Below, piece by piece: positions 26,729 through 35,881 of a stretch of 64,000 bases of DNA. A program made the translations under genes and the position numbers. Where the stretch lies: the sequence record MN894885.1. One strand, given 5' to 3'. Position 1 is the stretch's first letter; each line of letters begins with the position of its first letter. The notes below the pieces were generated by a model. The model saw nothing but the letters and a program-made list of their open reading frames with translations. It did not search any database and was not told the DNA's origin. The DNA is from Escherichia phage Ec_Makalu_001.

Positions 26729-27205
26729 TTATTTTTCTTGATGCTCGCGCTCGTACTTTTCGAAATAAAATTCTACTGGCTGGTCATGAATTGACAGCAA
26801 GCCAAAGCGTTTAGCCGCTCGCAATCCCATATTGCGCTGAATGTACTTCTGGAAGTTCTCGCGTATACACTTACGCCAGTATTCTAAGCCCATACAGCTT
26901 TTATAAAGATTGCATTGCACACACGCCGGATTCATGTTATCAAGTATATCATGCTCCGGTTTATGCATTCCTACAACCTTATACTTCCACGATCCATCAT
27001 CGTTACGGGCAATGCGACCATTTTCATCATAGACTACTTTTGAGCGTCGTAATACTGGTTTGATGTGGTCTGCGTGCCAGCGATCCCCTAGTTCCTCACC
27101 ACAATAGGCACAACGTCCACCGTATTTCATTTTCAGGATCTGGCGTTGCTCTTTCTTTGACAATTTTTTAGGTTTAGGGGCTTTCGCCCCTTCATTATCA
27201 CACAT
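26729..27205 (-). CDS. HNH endonuclease
   Basis: 158 aa; CAYCGEEL...HADHIKP...N...CVQCN fits the HNH zinc-finger nuclease signature; start overlaps the stop of the DNA ligase gene. Confidence 0.6.
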   Translation of the reverse strand: MCDNEGAKAPKPKKLSKKEQRQILKMKYGGRCAYCGEELGDRWHADHIKPVLRRSKVVYDENGRIARNDDGSWKYKVVGMHKPEHDILDNMNPACVQCNLYKSCMGLEYWRKCIRENFQKYIQRNMGLRAAKRFGLLSIHDQPVEFYFEKYEREHQEK

Positions 27206-28700
27206 CGAATACCTCTTTTACTGTATTTGCAGTGGTCTTGTCGTAGCGAATACGTTTGATGATTGGGAGAAATAAAGAGAACTCCGGTTCATCTTCTTTA
27301 CGTGATTTGCTGCGAATGTACCCGTTGCATGTCATCTCAATGACTTTTCCAATCAGGTTATGACGGTCAGCCCATAACATTTCTCGGTCGAGTTCATTTC
27401 GACGATCGAACGGAATTACACGTTCAATACCATCATCATCTTTTTCGGTTGTGGTGTCGGTCAATCCCGATCCGGTGTTAGTCGTCATTCGTCCGCACGC
27501 ACTACGGACAGTAAAACCGCCTACCTTGTTAGGATCTTTACTATGCGGATATACATCAACAATTTCCGCGTCGAAGTCAATCACTTCTTTAAATTTAACC
27601 TGATCTTTACTGCGACGATCTTCAAATACACCATGTAAATTTTTAAGGATAATACCTTCCAATCCCATGTTTACATAGCGATGATATACTTCGCGAGCTT
27701 CATCGATATTGTTAACTACAGTGTTTTCGATTATCTGAACACGAGGATCGTTAAGTTCTTCAACAATCTGTTTTAGTTCTTCGAATCGATCTTTATATTG
27801 CTTCGTTGCTTTCTCGTTTCCGTAATACACATCACGGTCGATAACATCCCAGACAGTGTAAACAATACATTGGGCTTCTTCTTTTGGAATAGTTCCTTTC
27901 AGTGATTTGTTGAGGATACCATTTCCGGTCTGACGGTCTGCAACAACGGATTCTTTCACTGCTTCCGCTACTGGCGTTAATGGCATTTCCTCTTCTTCAA
28001 ATATCCATGATAGAGTACCATCATAAACGCTCTCAACGAAGTTCTGCGCTGGTGTTTGAGAAAGGGTAGGCATATATACCAACTCACCATCTAAAACAAT
28101 TCCACGGCCTCGTAGACGCTCTAAAACAGCAAACAAATCATCCAGCCCCTGATAGGTATTACCTGAACGGGTATAGATTGCTAATGTTTCTCCGTCAATA
28201 TCAGCCATACCACGAGCGCCATCGCTTTTAAGTTGTGCATACGCCGGATATTTGATATTGGCAATAGTCTTATCAGAACATGACGATGCAAGGTGGCAAG
28301 GTTGCTGAGGAATCAGCTTCTTCCATACCTTGTTTGCGGTGGTAGCGGAACAACCGCATTCCAGATCACGATTCAGGACCATCATTGCAACTTTAGCATC
28401 ATCTTCTGACAAGCAAGTCAGAGTATCGGTAACTAGCTGTAATGCAGCATTACCAGTTACTTGACGCGTGGCAAGTTTATTTTTAAAGACCTGTAATGCA
28501 CCGGATAAAGACAATACAGACGAATAGCGAGACGGTTTATCGTATTTCTTTACGCCAAACGTAACCTGCTTGCAATATGCCAGATAAAAGCATTCTTTCA
28601 GCGTTTCATTGCTTGCAGATTCTTTCAGGATCTTTTCTTTCAGCGATGTTTTGTCAGTGGCTGCAAGCTGATTAATGATATTAAGAATTGACATTTTCAC
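27198..28700 (-). CDS. 30: ATP-dependent DNA ligase gp30
   Basis: 500 aa; adenylation motif KSDGARG (KxDG), IILKN, DAEIVDVYPHSKDPNKVGGF; close to remembered T4 ligase. Confidence 0.88.
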   Translation of the reverse strand: MKMSILNIINQLAATDKTSLKEKILKESASNETLKECFYLAYCKQVTFGVKKYDKPSRYSSVLSLSGALQVFKNKLATRQVTGNAALQLVTDTLTCLSEDDAKVAMMVLNRDLECGCSATTANKVWKKLIPQQPCHLASSCSDKTIANIKYPAYAQLKSDGARGMADIDGETLAIYTRSGNTYQGLDDLFAVLERLRGRGIVLDGELVYMPTLSQTPAQNFVESVYDGTLSWIFEEEEMPLTPVAEAVKESVVADRQTGNGILNKSLKGTIPKEEAQCIVYTVWDVIDRDVYYGNEKATKQYKDRFEELKQIVEELNDPRVQIIENTVVNNIDEAREVYHRYVNMGLEGIILKNLHGVFEDRRSKDQVKFKEVIDFDAEIVDVYPHSKDPNKVGGFTVRSACGRMTTNTGSGLTDTTTEKDDDGIERVIPFDRRNELDREMLWADRHNLIGKVIEMTCNGYIRSKSRKEDEPEFSLFLPIIKRIRYDKTTANTVKEVFDV

Positions 28701-29160
28701 CTCGTTTTGTTAAACGTTCACGAATATCGTTTAGGATACTACAAAATTCCGATTCGGTCAATATGGTCTTTAACGGATCAGTTCCACCTATGCTATGACG
28801 CAATTTCTTATTTCCGGTAGCGAGCAATGCTTTACAAAAATCTGGGTTATTTCGTGCCATCGTAACAAATGCCAGATGTACCAGTCTGTAATAATGCTCA
28901 CTCATTCGATGAATCGGGCGACCCTGAAAATATAGCATGTGATTCTCTATCTTTTCAGTCCTTCCGGTTCTTTTTGCTTTGCAGCCGTGCATCAAAAAGA
29001 TTTCTCTTTGTCTCTGAGGGTTCTTAAATCTTAGCCCCTGTAAAAATCCTTCTGTGCTGTTAATATCGCAACCAAATAGACGGAATGGCCTTTTATTGAA
29101 ATTACTCAACTCGCCAGATGGATAAGGTCCACCCGCATAGATATCAATTTCAGAAGTCAT
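28681..29160 (-). CDS. Hypothetical protein (30.x position)
   Basis: 159 aa ORF coupled to the ligase start; no recognised motif. Confidence 0.45.
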   Translation of the reverse strand: MTSEIDIYAGGPYPSGELSNFNKRPFRLFGCDINSTEGFLQGLRFKNPQRQREIFLMHGCKAKRTGRTEKIENHMLYFQGRPIHRMSEHYYRLVHLAFVTMARNNPDFCKALLATGNKKLRHSIGGTDPLKTILTESEFCSILNDIRERLTKRGENVNS

Positions 29161-29359
29161 TGAAACTAATCTCGCTAATCAGAGAGAACGGATCATAATC
29201 GTCATGAGGAATATCGATAGTAATCGAGTGAGGATTTACCCATACACCAAACTGGTCTTCTTCGGTGAATACTTCGGTATGGATTTCGTGGATGTTTACA
29301 TTCATAGTTTTCATAATAAAAATTCCTTAATAATCAATAACTTACAAAATCATATAGCC

Positions 29360-29386
29360 AAAATATAGGCGGGATTATTTCCCGCC
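29360..29386 (-). terminator. Putative terminator (minus strand) after gene 31
   Basis: Hairpin ggcgggaaataatcccgcc followed by a T-rich run on the minus strand. Confidence 0.4.
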
Positions 29387-29397
29387 GTTTAAACTCA

Positions 29398-29721
29398 TTA
29401 ACCGTAAACTACCACAATATTCTGTTTGTGTGTTACAGTCCATTTCAGGTCGATCTCTTCTTCCTTCTTAACGCCGTTAATAACGTCTGGATGAGGAACT
29501 TTATTCATCTTGCCGTGTGGCAGTAGAACAGTTTTACCCAGCAATTCTTTATCTACAGTTTCACCAATATCAATAATCTTACCTACCAGCGGAATCTCGC
29601 CCATAGTGCGCTTTTGCTCAATAATGATCCCCATAGAGCTTTTTACTTCGGTTCCTGCGCTTTCTGCTTTAGCTTCGATAATTACATAATCACCAAGTGC
29701 TTTAGGAGTTTTAACGGTCAT
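29398..29721 (-). CDS. 31: Co-chaperonin gp31 (GroES-like)
   Basis: 107 aa; GDYVII...GIII...VPHP pattern resembles T4 gp31; synteny. Confidence 0.7.
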   Translation of the reverse strand: MTVKTPKALGDYVIIEAKAESAGTEVKSSMGIIIEQKRTMGEIPLVGKIIDIGETVDKELLGKTVLLPHGKMNKVPHPDVINGVKKEEEIDLKWTVTHKQNIVVVYG

Positions 29722-29761
29722 AATTTCTTACCTCTTCAAATCAATACAGTTTAATGATGAA

Positions 29762-30082
29762 TTATTTATAAATTTCGACGATCTGCGCTGGAGTCAGCCC
29801 GTCTACATTAATCAGACTATCAAGCCCAAAACTACGGAAACCTTCAACTGCAATTTCATATACTGGCAAAGATGTTTCTGATTCTTTACGCGGTTTTTCT
29901 ACATTAGGAACTAACCATTTTTCGTATGTTTCAAAAGGCATCAGTACCGGATCTCGCGTGGCGATCATCTCGCGGACAGTACCATCTTTCTTAGTAAACT
30001 GCAAAGAGTGAGTACCGACCGAAAACATTTTCTTTAGTGCTTCACGAAGTGCGATAATATCAATTTGTTCAGTCATTATCAA
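29762..30082 (-). CDS. Hypothetical protein (106 aa)
   Basis: ORF coupled to cd upstream. Confidence 0.4.
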   Translation of the reverse strand: MIMTEQIDIIALREALKKMFSVGTHSLQFTKKDGTVREMIATRDPVLMPFETYEKWLVPNVEKPRKESETSLPVYEIAVEGFRSFGLDSLINVDGLTPAQIVEIYK

Positions 30083-30596
30083 TACCCTTCAAATCAGTCA
30101 GTAATGCTTTTGGAATACGCGTAACCGTAATGTCAGCTTTATCCAAAATATCAGCCCAATCACGCCCACCATTTCGATCATATGTGTCGCAATAGTATAG
30201 ATGTTTAATTCCACTGTTTGCAATTGCTTTAGCGCAATCTGGACACGGTGAAGCCGTACACCACATACTAGCTCCTTCAATCGATACACCGCTACGGGCA
30301 GCAAACAAAATAGCATTTAATTCAGCATGGATCTCGTTTTTCTGTGACCATGCACTATGCTCTGGTCGTTTTTCTGGGATCATTTTACCTTCATCATCCA
30401 GCCAACCGCTTTTATGTGCATGACAGCTACAGTTTTCTTGTCCTGCTGGAGTACCATTAAATCCAGTAGAAATGATTCGCCCGTCTTTTTCAATTAGTGC
30501 GCCTACCTTCCACGAAACACATTTAGAGTTCTTTGCGATCAGGTAGGCGATCTGCATGTAAGTTTGTGATAACATAATATAATCCTCACATATCAA
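30069..30596 (-). CDS. cd: dCMP deaminase
   Basis: 175 aa; zinc-binding HAELNAI and SPCPDCAKAIAxSGIK motifs; close to remembered T4 Cd. Confidence 0.85.
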   Translation of the reverse strand: MICEDYIMLSQTYMQIAYLIAKNSKCVSWKVGALIEKDGRIISTGFNGTPAGQENCSCHAHKSGWLDDEGKMIPEKRPEHSAWSQKNEIHAELNAILFAARSGVSIEGASMWCTASPCPDCAKAIANSGIKHLYYCDTYDRNGGRDWADILDKADITVTRIPKALLTDLKGIDND

Positions 30597-30800
30597 TTAA
30601 CCGTATACGCGAAAGTATTCTACTGACCCGTCGCTATACTGTTTTACATTGAATGTATTCACACCATGATTATTTCTCATGATGACATATAAACTACGAC
30701 GTTCATCGCTAAACGGCATAACTGGTGCTGGTTCAATGTCAACATTAAAACCACGTTTAGCAAGTGCTTCGCCTAATTTCTTGATTTTATCGGTAAACAT
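30597..30800 (-). CDS. Hypothetical small protein (67 aa)
   Basis: ORF coupled between pseT and cd. Confidence 0.4.
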   Translation of the reverse strand: MFTDKIKKLGEALAKRGFNVDIEPAPVMPFSDERRSLYVIMRNNHGVNTFNVKQYSDGSVEYFRVYG

Positions 30801-31678
30801 TAAAAGTCTCCGTAGTTAACCTGAAAACATTCTACACCGATTGTGCGGTACATGTCAACCACTTGGTCACGGTCATCCACTGCCAAAACAACATGATAAC
30901 GTGGTGCAATTTCCGAGAAAAAGATCTCTTTCTTCACTTCATGATCTGGACGTCGATCATTAGTTTCACGCTGGAAGTGATCGCTAGGTTCAATACCCTG
31001 TTCACGCAACCATTGCAGCGTATCTTCTTCGCAAACATCCTCACGCCCTGAGCATGTAATGATACGATAACCATTATCACGATACAGTTTAAGCATTTCG
31101 ATCACTTGCGGACGCGGTTTATCTTCTTTGACCTTTGTCCAGTCAAACGGATGACGACCGCCCTTATCCGCTAATGTTCCATCAATATCAAAGATCACTG
31201 CCTTTGGCAGCATGGTATTCGGTTTGTATACTTCTTGACCCATATATTCCTGCATCAGATAAAATTGGTTACGCAAATGAGATAGCGGAATTGCTTTCTC
31301 GCCGCGATAGAAATTACGTTTCTTTAGTGTCTCAAACGGTTCATTGAACACTTGTTCAGTATACACCGCATTAAATTCTTTTGCAAGTTCTTTGTAGAAT
31401 ACACGATGTTTTTCTTTCAGGTTGGTATCAGAGATAATGATACTCAATCCGCGTGATAGAGTCTCGCGAGCAATCATTCTCTGAACAGACTCTACCAGCT
31501 TTTCCTTTTCCTTAGTATATTTGTATTTCAAAGGTGAGTCAACACCAAACAACATAAGACGAAGATCATCACGATTCACATTACGATAATTACTAAACCG
31601 TTTACACGTTTCCATAGCCCATGTAGTTTTACCGGACCCAGAACAACCAACGGTTAAAATCACTTCACATTTCGGCAT
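30800..31678 (-). CDS. pseT: Polynucleotide 5'-kinase / 3'-phosphatase
   Basis: 292 aa; P-loop GCSGSGKTTWA, HAD phosphatase motif VIFDIDGTLA, C-terminal VDDRxQVVxMWRxIGVECxQV as in T4 PseT. Confidence 0.88.
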   Translation of the reverse strand: MPKCEVILTVGCSGSGKTTWAMETCKRFSNYRNVNRDDLRLMLFGVDSPLKYKYTKEKEKLVESVQRMIARETLSRGLSIIISDTNLKEKHRVFYKELAKEFNAVYTEQVFNEPFETLKKRNFYRGEKAIPLSHLRNQFYLMQEYMGQEVYKPNTMLPKAVIFDIDGTLADKGGRHPFDWTKVKEDKPRPQVIEMLKLYRDNGYRIITCSGREDVCEEDTLQWLREQGIEPSDHFQRETNDRRPDHEVKKEIFFSEIAPRYHVVLAVDDRDQVVDMYRTIGVECFQVNYGDF

Positions 31679-32130
31679 TATTTCTCCTTCGGTTTACACC
31701 GTTCCTCATTGAGTTCTTTGCGATAATAACACATGATCAACTTACTTTCAAGTGTATATCTCTTAATATCAGCCAACCAGACTCTAAATTTTTGGGAGTC
31801 CTCCCATGACATAGAAACTCTAGGCTTACCGTCTATTGTATCCACATTCAGGTCAATGTCAACTTTTTCTATTGGTGCTGGTAGTGGTGGATGTAATTTC
31901 GGTTCCTGTGAATAATGGTCCAGTGTACACGAAGAAAGAGCAAATACAATAGGCACAGCGAAGACATGGATTATGGCGGTCTGAAAATTCTTATGTGTTT
32001 TCTTAAATATCCAGTGTATCACGAAAATTGAAAACACCATCAGGATAATAATGCTTGCACCTATCCACAGATAATCAACCAGATTAAAATTGCTTATCTG
32101 CTCTTGCGTAGGCAATATTTCTATGCTCAT
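31678..32130 (-). CDS. Putative o-spanin lipoprotein (PseT.2-like); start uncertain
   Basis: Internal signal-like segment ending in lipobox ALSSC; Pro-rich periplasmic region; position matches the T4 spanin pair next to pseT. Confidence 0.4.
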   Translation of the reverse strand: MSIEILPTQEQISNFNLVDYLWIGASIIILMVFSIFVIHWIFKKTHKNFQTAIIHVFAVPIVFALSSCTLDHYSQEPKLHPPLPAPIEKVDIDLNVDTIDGKPRVSMSWEDSQKFRVWLADIKRYTLESKLIMCYYRKELNEERCKPKEK

Positions 32131-32501
32131 TTAGTAGCCTCCTTTAATTCTTCGGTAAACTCCTTAAATGAGTCATTAAGCTGTTTCTCTACCAACTTGG
32201 GTTTTTGTGCTACTACATAGCCTCGTGTAGCGTCTTTCATTGCTTTGTTTTGTTCTTCTGCAAACTTAGTTCTTATTCCGTACATATCCTTTTGTAGTGA
32301 GTCTACGACCTTCATCTTTTCATCTGTCTTTTTCTTATACTCTGTAAATTCCTGATTCAGTCGATCTACCTCCTTTTTATTTTCCCACCACATATTGCCA
32401 CCTACCCCCAGCAACACAGATATGATAACAATGTATATCAGCTTTGACATATTACCCCCAACGACAAAAGGCGGGGAACTAGCCCCGCTTATTATTACCA
32501 A
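32127..32501 (-). CDS. Putative i-spanin (PseT.3-like)
   Basis: N-terminal TM segment (LIYIVIISVLLGVGG) followed by charged coiled-coil; ATGA overlap with the downstream lipoprotein gene. Confidence 0.4.
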   Translation of the reverse strand: MVIISGASSPPFVVGGNMSKLIYIVIISVLLGVGGNMWWENKKEVDRLNQEFTEYKKKTDEKMKVVDSLQKDMYGIRTKFAEEQNKAMKDATRGYVVAQKPKLVEKQLNDSFKEFTEELKEATK

Positions 32502-33664
32502 TCAATCTTATCAGCCGGAATAAGTTTCTTATAATTCCGTAGATAGTAAGTTTTCATTGAATCCAGAATACGGTCATAATCAAGGCCATCAAATGCAATC
32601 ATCAGACACATGAAAATATATGCTTGTGCATCACCATGTTTACGTGATTCGATAGTCGCATTTGATGCATATGTCTTTCTGTCTTCTCCAGCGTGTGCGT
32701 TATAAAATTCTGTTGCTGTCGTGAAGGCATTGCGAAGAATAGACCTGAATGCTTCCTCGAATAGCTCGATTCGTTCCAGTGCTCCCGGTTCGCCTTCATA
32801 TGCAGCACGCAAATCATCGGTTTCGCTTTCTACGACATAGTAGATCAAGTTATTAGGAAACATCGATGTATTTTTAATGTTATGCACACCAATATACCAT
32901 TCACTTTTCACCTTGAACATCTGTCCGTCTTTGGTTCGTGCAACAATTCCTTCGATACCTTCTGCGGTCCGAACTTCGTCAAGAATATTGCCAAAACGCG
33001 CTGAATCAACCTGTAACGCATTTACCAGATGAGGACGTAGGATTGCGTCAGCAAATAGCATTTGATGCGGTACGTACTCTCCTGTGACGTTATGGCGTAC
33101 ATTCAGAAGTGTTAGCGACGGTTCAGAATATTCTACAACAATTCGGTTGCTGGGTGCTGTATATTCAAAGTTGAAAGTATAATCAGATCCAATATCGGCG
33201 ATCTTAGCACGTAGTTCCGCATACTTCTCTGAATACAGAAGACCGTTTGCTCTCTCTGCCTGGCTTGAGTACAAGGCCGCTTTAGACTTCAACTGAACAT
33301 AGCCGTTATCAATGTATGTGCTTACTAGACTACCGTCCATTTTGTCCATGACCATTTCCACATCTTCCGGCTTAAAGCGAGCGCGATCATTCTCGCCTAA
33401 ATTAAAAAACTTCTCCATAGGACGAGATGCAATGCGGACCGGACGACCTTTATCGTCAATTTCAAACATGATCCCGCGACACTCTAACGCATCTGGTTTA
33501 TTCCACATTTCCGGTTTGCTCAAGTACAGATAGCTAAAAATGCGCATACGGGTTTGCATCGCCGTAATTTCATCTTTGTAATAGAACGTATCAGATCCGT
33601 CACATAGTGCCATCAGATTTTTGAACAATGCTAAAACTTTTTTGTTGTTTTCTTTTGTTGACAT
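32495..33664 (-). CDS. rnlA: RNA ligase 1
   Basis: 389 aa; KMDGSLVSTY (KxDG), ALECRGIMFE, RIASRPMEKFFNL essentially as in T4 RnlA (gp63). Confidence 0.88.
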   Translation of the reverse strand: MSTKENNKKVLALFKNLMALCDGSDTFYYKDEITAMQTRMRIFSYLYLSKPEMWNKPDALECRGIMFEIDDKGRPVRIASRPMEKFFNLGENDRARFKPEDVEMVMDKMDGSLVSTYIDNGYVQLKSKAALYSSQAERANGLLYSEKYAELRAKIADIGSDYTFNFEYTAPSNRIVVEYSEPSLTLLNVRHNVTGEYVPHQMLFADAILRPHLVNALQVDSARFGNILDEVRTAEGIEGIVARTKDGQMFKVKSEWYIGVHNIKNTSMFPNNLIYYVVESETDDLRAAYEGEPGALERIELFEEAFRSILRNAFTTATEFYNAHAGEDRKTYASNATIESRKHGDAQAYIFMCLMIAFDGLDYDRILDSMKTYYLRNYKKLIPADKIDW

Positions 33665-34061
33665 AATTTGTGTTCCATTCTGGTTTAAATTTGGTGATCA
33701 AAACAGGTTCTTCGATATCGGCAGTGCTTATAATATCCTTACCCGTTGGATTCTCAATATATAACTCAAAGCACTGGCGGTAATAGAATGTTACTGTCTT
33801 ACCTTCCTCTAGCGCCTTATGAATATTCTTACTCTTGCGAGTATCCGCTGTTGGTGTTTGTCTGTTAATGCTAGTCCGATAATAATTGATCCTCTTTCTG
33901 AGATTGACAGTCTGACCAATGTATACCAGTTCATCATCAACCGCAATAGCGTAAAGAACGTTTAAACGGTTCTTCTGAGGAGGCAGAATCACATCACCAT
34001 CTTTACACTCTAAACATGAATATTTAACGAATCCATAGTTTTCTATTAGCTCATTAACCAT
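33600..34061 (-). CDS. denA: Endonuclease II (GIY-YIG family)
   Basis: 153 aa; NVLYAIAVDDELVYIGQTVNLRKRINYYRT matches remembered T4 DenA; 3' end overlaps the rnlA start by ~65 nt. Confidence 0.8.
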   Translation of the reverse strand: MVNELIENYGFVKYSCLECKDGDVILPPQKNRLNVLYAIAVDDELVYIGQTVNLRKRINYYRTSINRQTPTADTRKSKNIHKALEEGKTVTFYYRQCFELYIENPTGKDIISTADIEEPVLITKFKPEWNTNYVNKRKQQKSFSIVQKSDGTM

Positions 34062-34111
34062 TATCCTTTCCTCACGTCACAACAAAGGCGGGATTTCTCC
34101 CGCCCACCTTA

Positions 34112-34510
34112 TTAACTTTCCAGAATATCGCGAGCTTCGTTACGCTCCTTGATGATTTTCAGGACAAATTCCAGTTTTTCTTTGTTTAGTGTTCCGTTTT
34201 CCATTGCTTCTTTGACGGTAAACACTCCGCCACCTTGCCCGTATACAGTGACAGTGATTTCACCTAACATCGTGGTATGAAAACCTCCAATTTTCGGTGA
34301 TTCGAAAGAAACAATTACCTCGCGGACAGTATTACCGTCGTTGATTTCTGAGAGGGTAATGTCGTTTTTGTAGGCGGTTGCTTTAACCATACGGATCAAC
34401 ATAGTCTGATCTGGGGAGATGGTCATTTTGTCCATTGCATGTTGCAATGCAGCGTAACCGAAAACTTTAACGAAGTCCAGAACGTCTTTGCGAGTTTGAA
34501 ATTTAATCAT
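34112..34510 (-). CDS. Hypothetical protein (132 aa)
   Basis: ORF with cassette promoter and leader upstream. Confidence 0.45.
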   Translation of the reverse strand: MIKFQTRKDVLDFVKVFGYAALQHAMDKMTISPDQTMLIRMVKATAYKNDITLSEINDGNTVREVIVSFESPKIGGFHTTMLGEITVTVYGQGGGVFTVKEAMENGTLNKEKLEFVLKIIKERNEARDILES

Positions 34511-34797
34511 CTTGATACTCCTTAGTTGTTTTGGGATGGGAGTATCTTACTACTCCCGTGATATGCTGTCAACTGCTTTTTTATGCAACCGCAAACATCA
34601 ACATTTGAACATTCTTGGCTGTCTGGCTTTCAAAGTTCTGACATTCTTTGATAATGTCCTCTACTTTCTCGCCGGAGATCTCCGCGTAAGTTTCGATTGC
34701 CATTTTCAGTACCGCGTCAAAGTTGTTCATTTGATTCTCCTTAAAGTGTATTTCGTTTCGATGGGGGTATATTACTACCCCCGTTTCATGCTGTCAA

Positions 34798-35016
34798 CTA
34801 CTTTTTAATGACAAGTTCGAATTTTGCTACCTTGCGTCCTCGTTTATTGAAAGCAACCCACGGACGGTTTTCAATGTAGAACAATTCTTCGCCAATAATG
34901 AATACTGGCTGATTGTAAAGGCGACCCATCAGGTCACGCTGGCGAATGGTATTAGATTCGTATACTTCGCCTACTACAAAGTGCTTGCTGATAGAGTCGG
35001 TGCAAGTAAATTTCAT
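34798..35016 (-). CDS. Paralogue family D member
   Basis: 72 aa; MKFTCTD...FVVGEVYE...VAKFELVIKK shared with 37394..37561 and 63252..63458. Confidence 0.45.
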   Translation of the reverse strand: MKFTCTDSISKHFVVGEVYESNTIRQRDLMGRLYNQPVFIIGEELFYIENRPWVAFNKRGRKVAKFELVIKK

Positions 35017-35085
35017 TTTGATTCTCCTTTGTTTCGTTTCGATGGGAGTATCTTACAACTCCCAATATTCAGTGTCAACTGCTTT

Positions 35086-35304
35086 TTACTTGTTGTATTC
35101 ATTCCACCAACGAGTAAGTTTATCGATTATTTTTGTGTTTCTATCCAATTTCTCCCACCGTTTACGCGGGTTTATAAGCCGGAATAGGTAGGGTGTACTT
35201 GTTAAGTGAACTCGGTCAAAATAATGGTTGATAAGCTGGCATTCAATTCTCAATTTCATCTTTTTACGATGAAAATATGCAATTACTTGTTCTTCTGTTT
35301 CCAT
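35086..35304 (-). CDS. Hypothetical small protein (72 aa)
   Basis: ORF with cassette promoter upstream. Confidence 0.4.
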   Translation of the reverse strand: METEEQVIAYFHRKKMKLRIECQLINHYFDRVHLTSTPYLFRLINPRKRWEKLDRNTKIIDKLTRWWNEYNK

Positions 35305-35404
35305 ATGTTCCTCCGTTTCGATGCGTGCATTATGCTATGGCAAGATCCGATTGTCAACACCCAATAACAAAAAAGTCGCCACTATGGGCGACTTAGGTTA
35401 AACA

Positions 35405-35881
35405 TTAATCATGACCGTGGTTGGCAAGATCCGCTCGTGTCTTATCTTTGTGATTTCCTACGTCAAAGACACGATAGCCGTTTTCTCGGAGAACTTTAAT
35501 CACTTCTGGGTTATCCTCAAAGACTCCCACCACTTCATCTTTATCAAATGATTTAATTACCTCTAATTTGATGTGATAGTCTTTACGGGAATCGGTACGG
35601 CCTCTCATAAAGATTTTATCAAAACGCACCCCGTTAGAAATTAACCAATCAATTGTTTCCATGTAAGCATGTGAACTTCGTCCGGTGAGGATGTAAATCA
35701 AATGACCGTTGTCCGAAAGAGCATTGATAACACGAATTACATCGTAAATGGGGGAATCTCCCCCACATGCCTTGTTATATTCGATCCATGACTCGACTTT
35801 ATCAAGATTTTCGGTTGGCATCTTTGCTAGTCGATGCGTTGGATCTGTGATCGTAAAATCTAAATCGACAAAATATATCAT
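35405..35881 (-). CDS. HAD-superfamily phosphatase-like protein
   Basis: 158 aa; N-terminal DxD-type motif FVDLDFT, later ILTGRS and GVFEDNP segments in HAD order; coupled to nrdB. Confidence 0.5.
   Translation of the reverse strand: MIYFVDLDFTITDPTHRLAKMPTENLDKVESWIEYNKACGGDSPIYDVIRVINALSDNGHLIYILTGRSSHAYMETIDWLISNGVRFDKIFMRGRTDSRKDYHIKLEVIKSFDKDEVVGVFEDNPEVIKVLRENGYRVFDVGNHKDKTRADLANHGHD

Noticed and set aside
18951-27200. Possible CRISPR array suggested by many short GC-rich palindromic repeats
   Set aside because: The repeats are separated by whole genes (200-400 bp) rather than uniform 30-40 bp spacers, and sit in promoter contexts; no cas genes.
29150-29314. Possible 54-aa minus-strand ORF between the 30.x gene and gene 31 (rIII position)
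   Set aside because: The frame is open and ends overlapping the downstream start, but the RBS is weak and there is no similarity to T4 rIII from memory; left uncalled.
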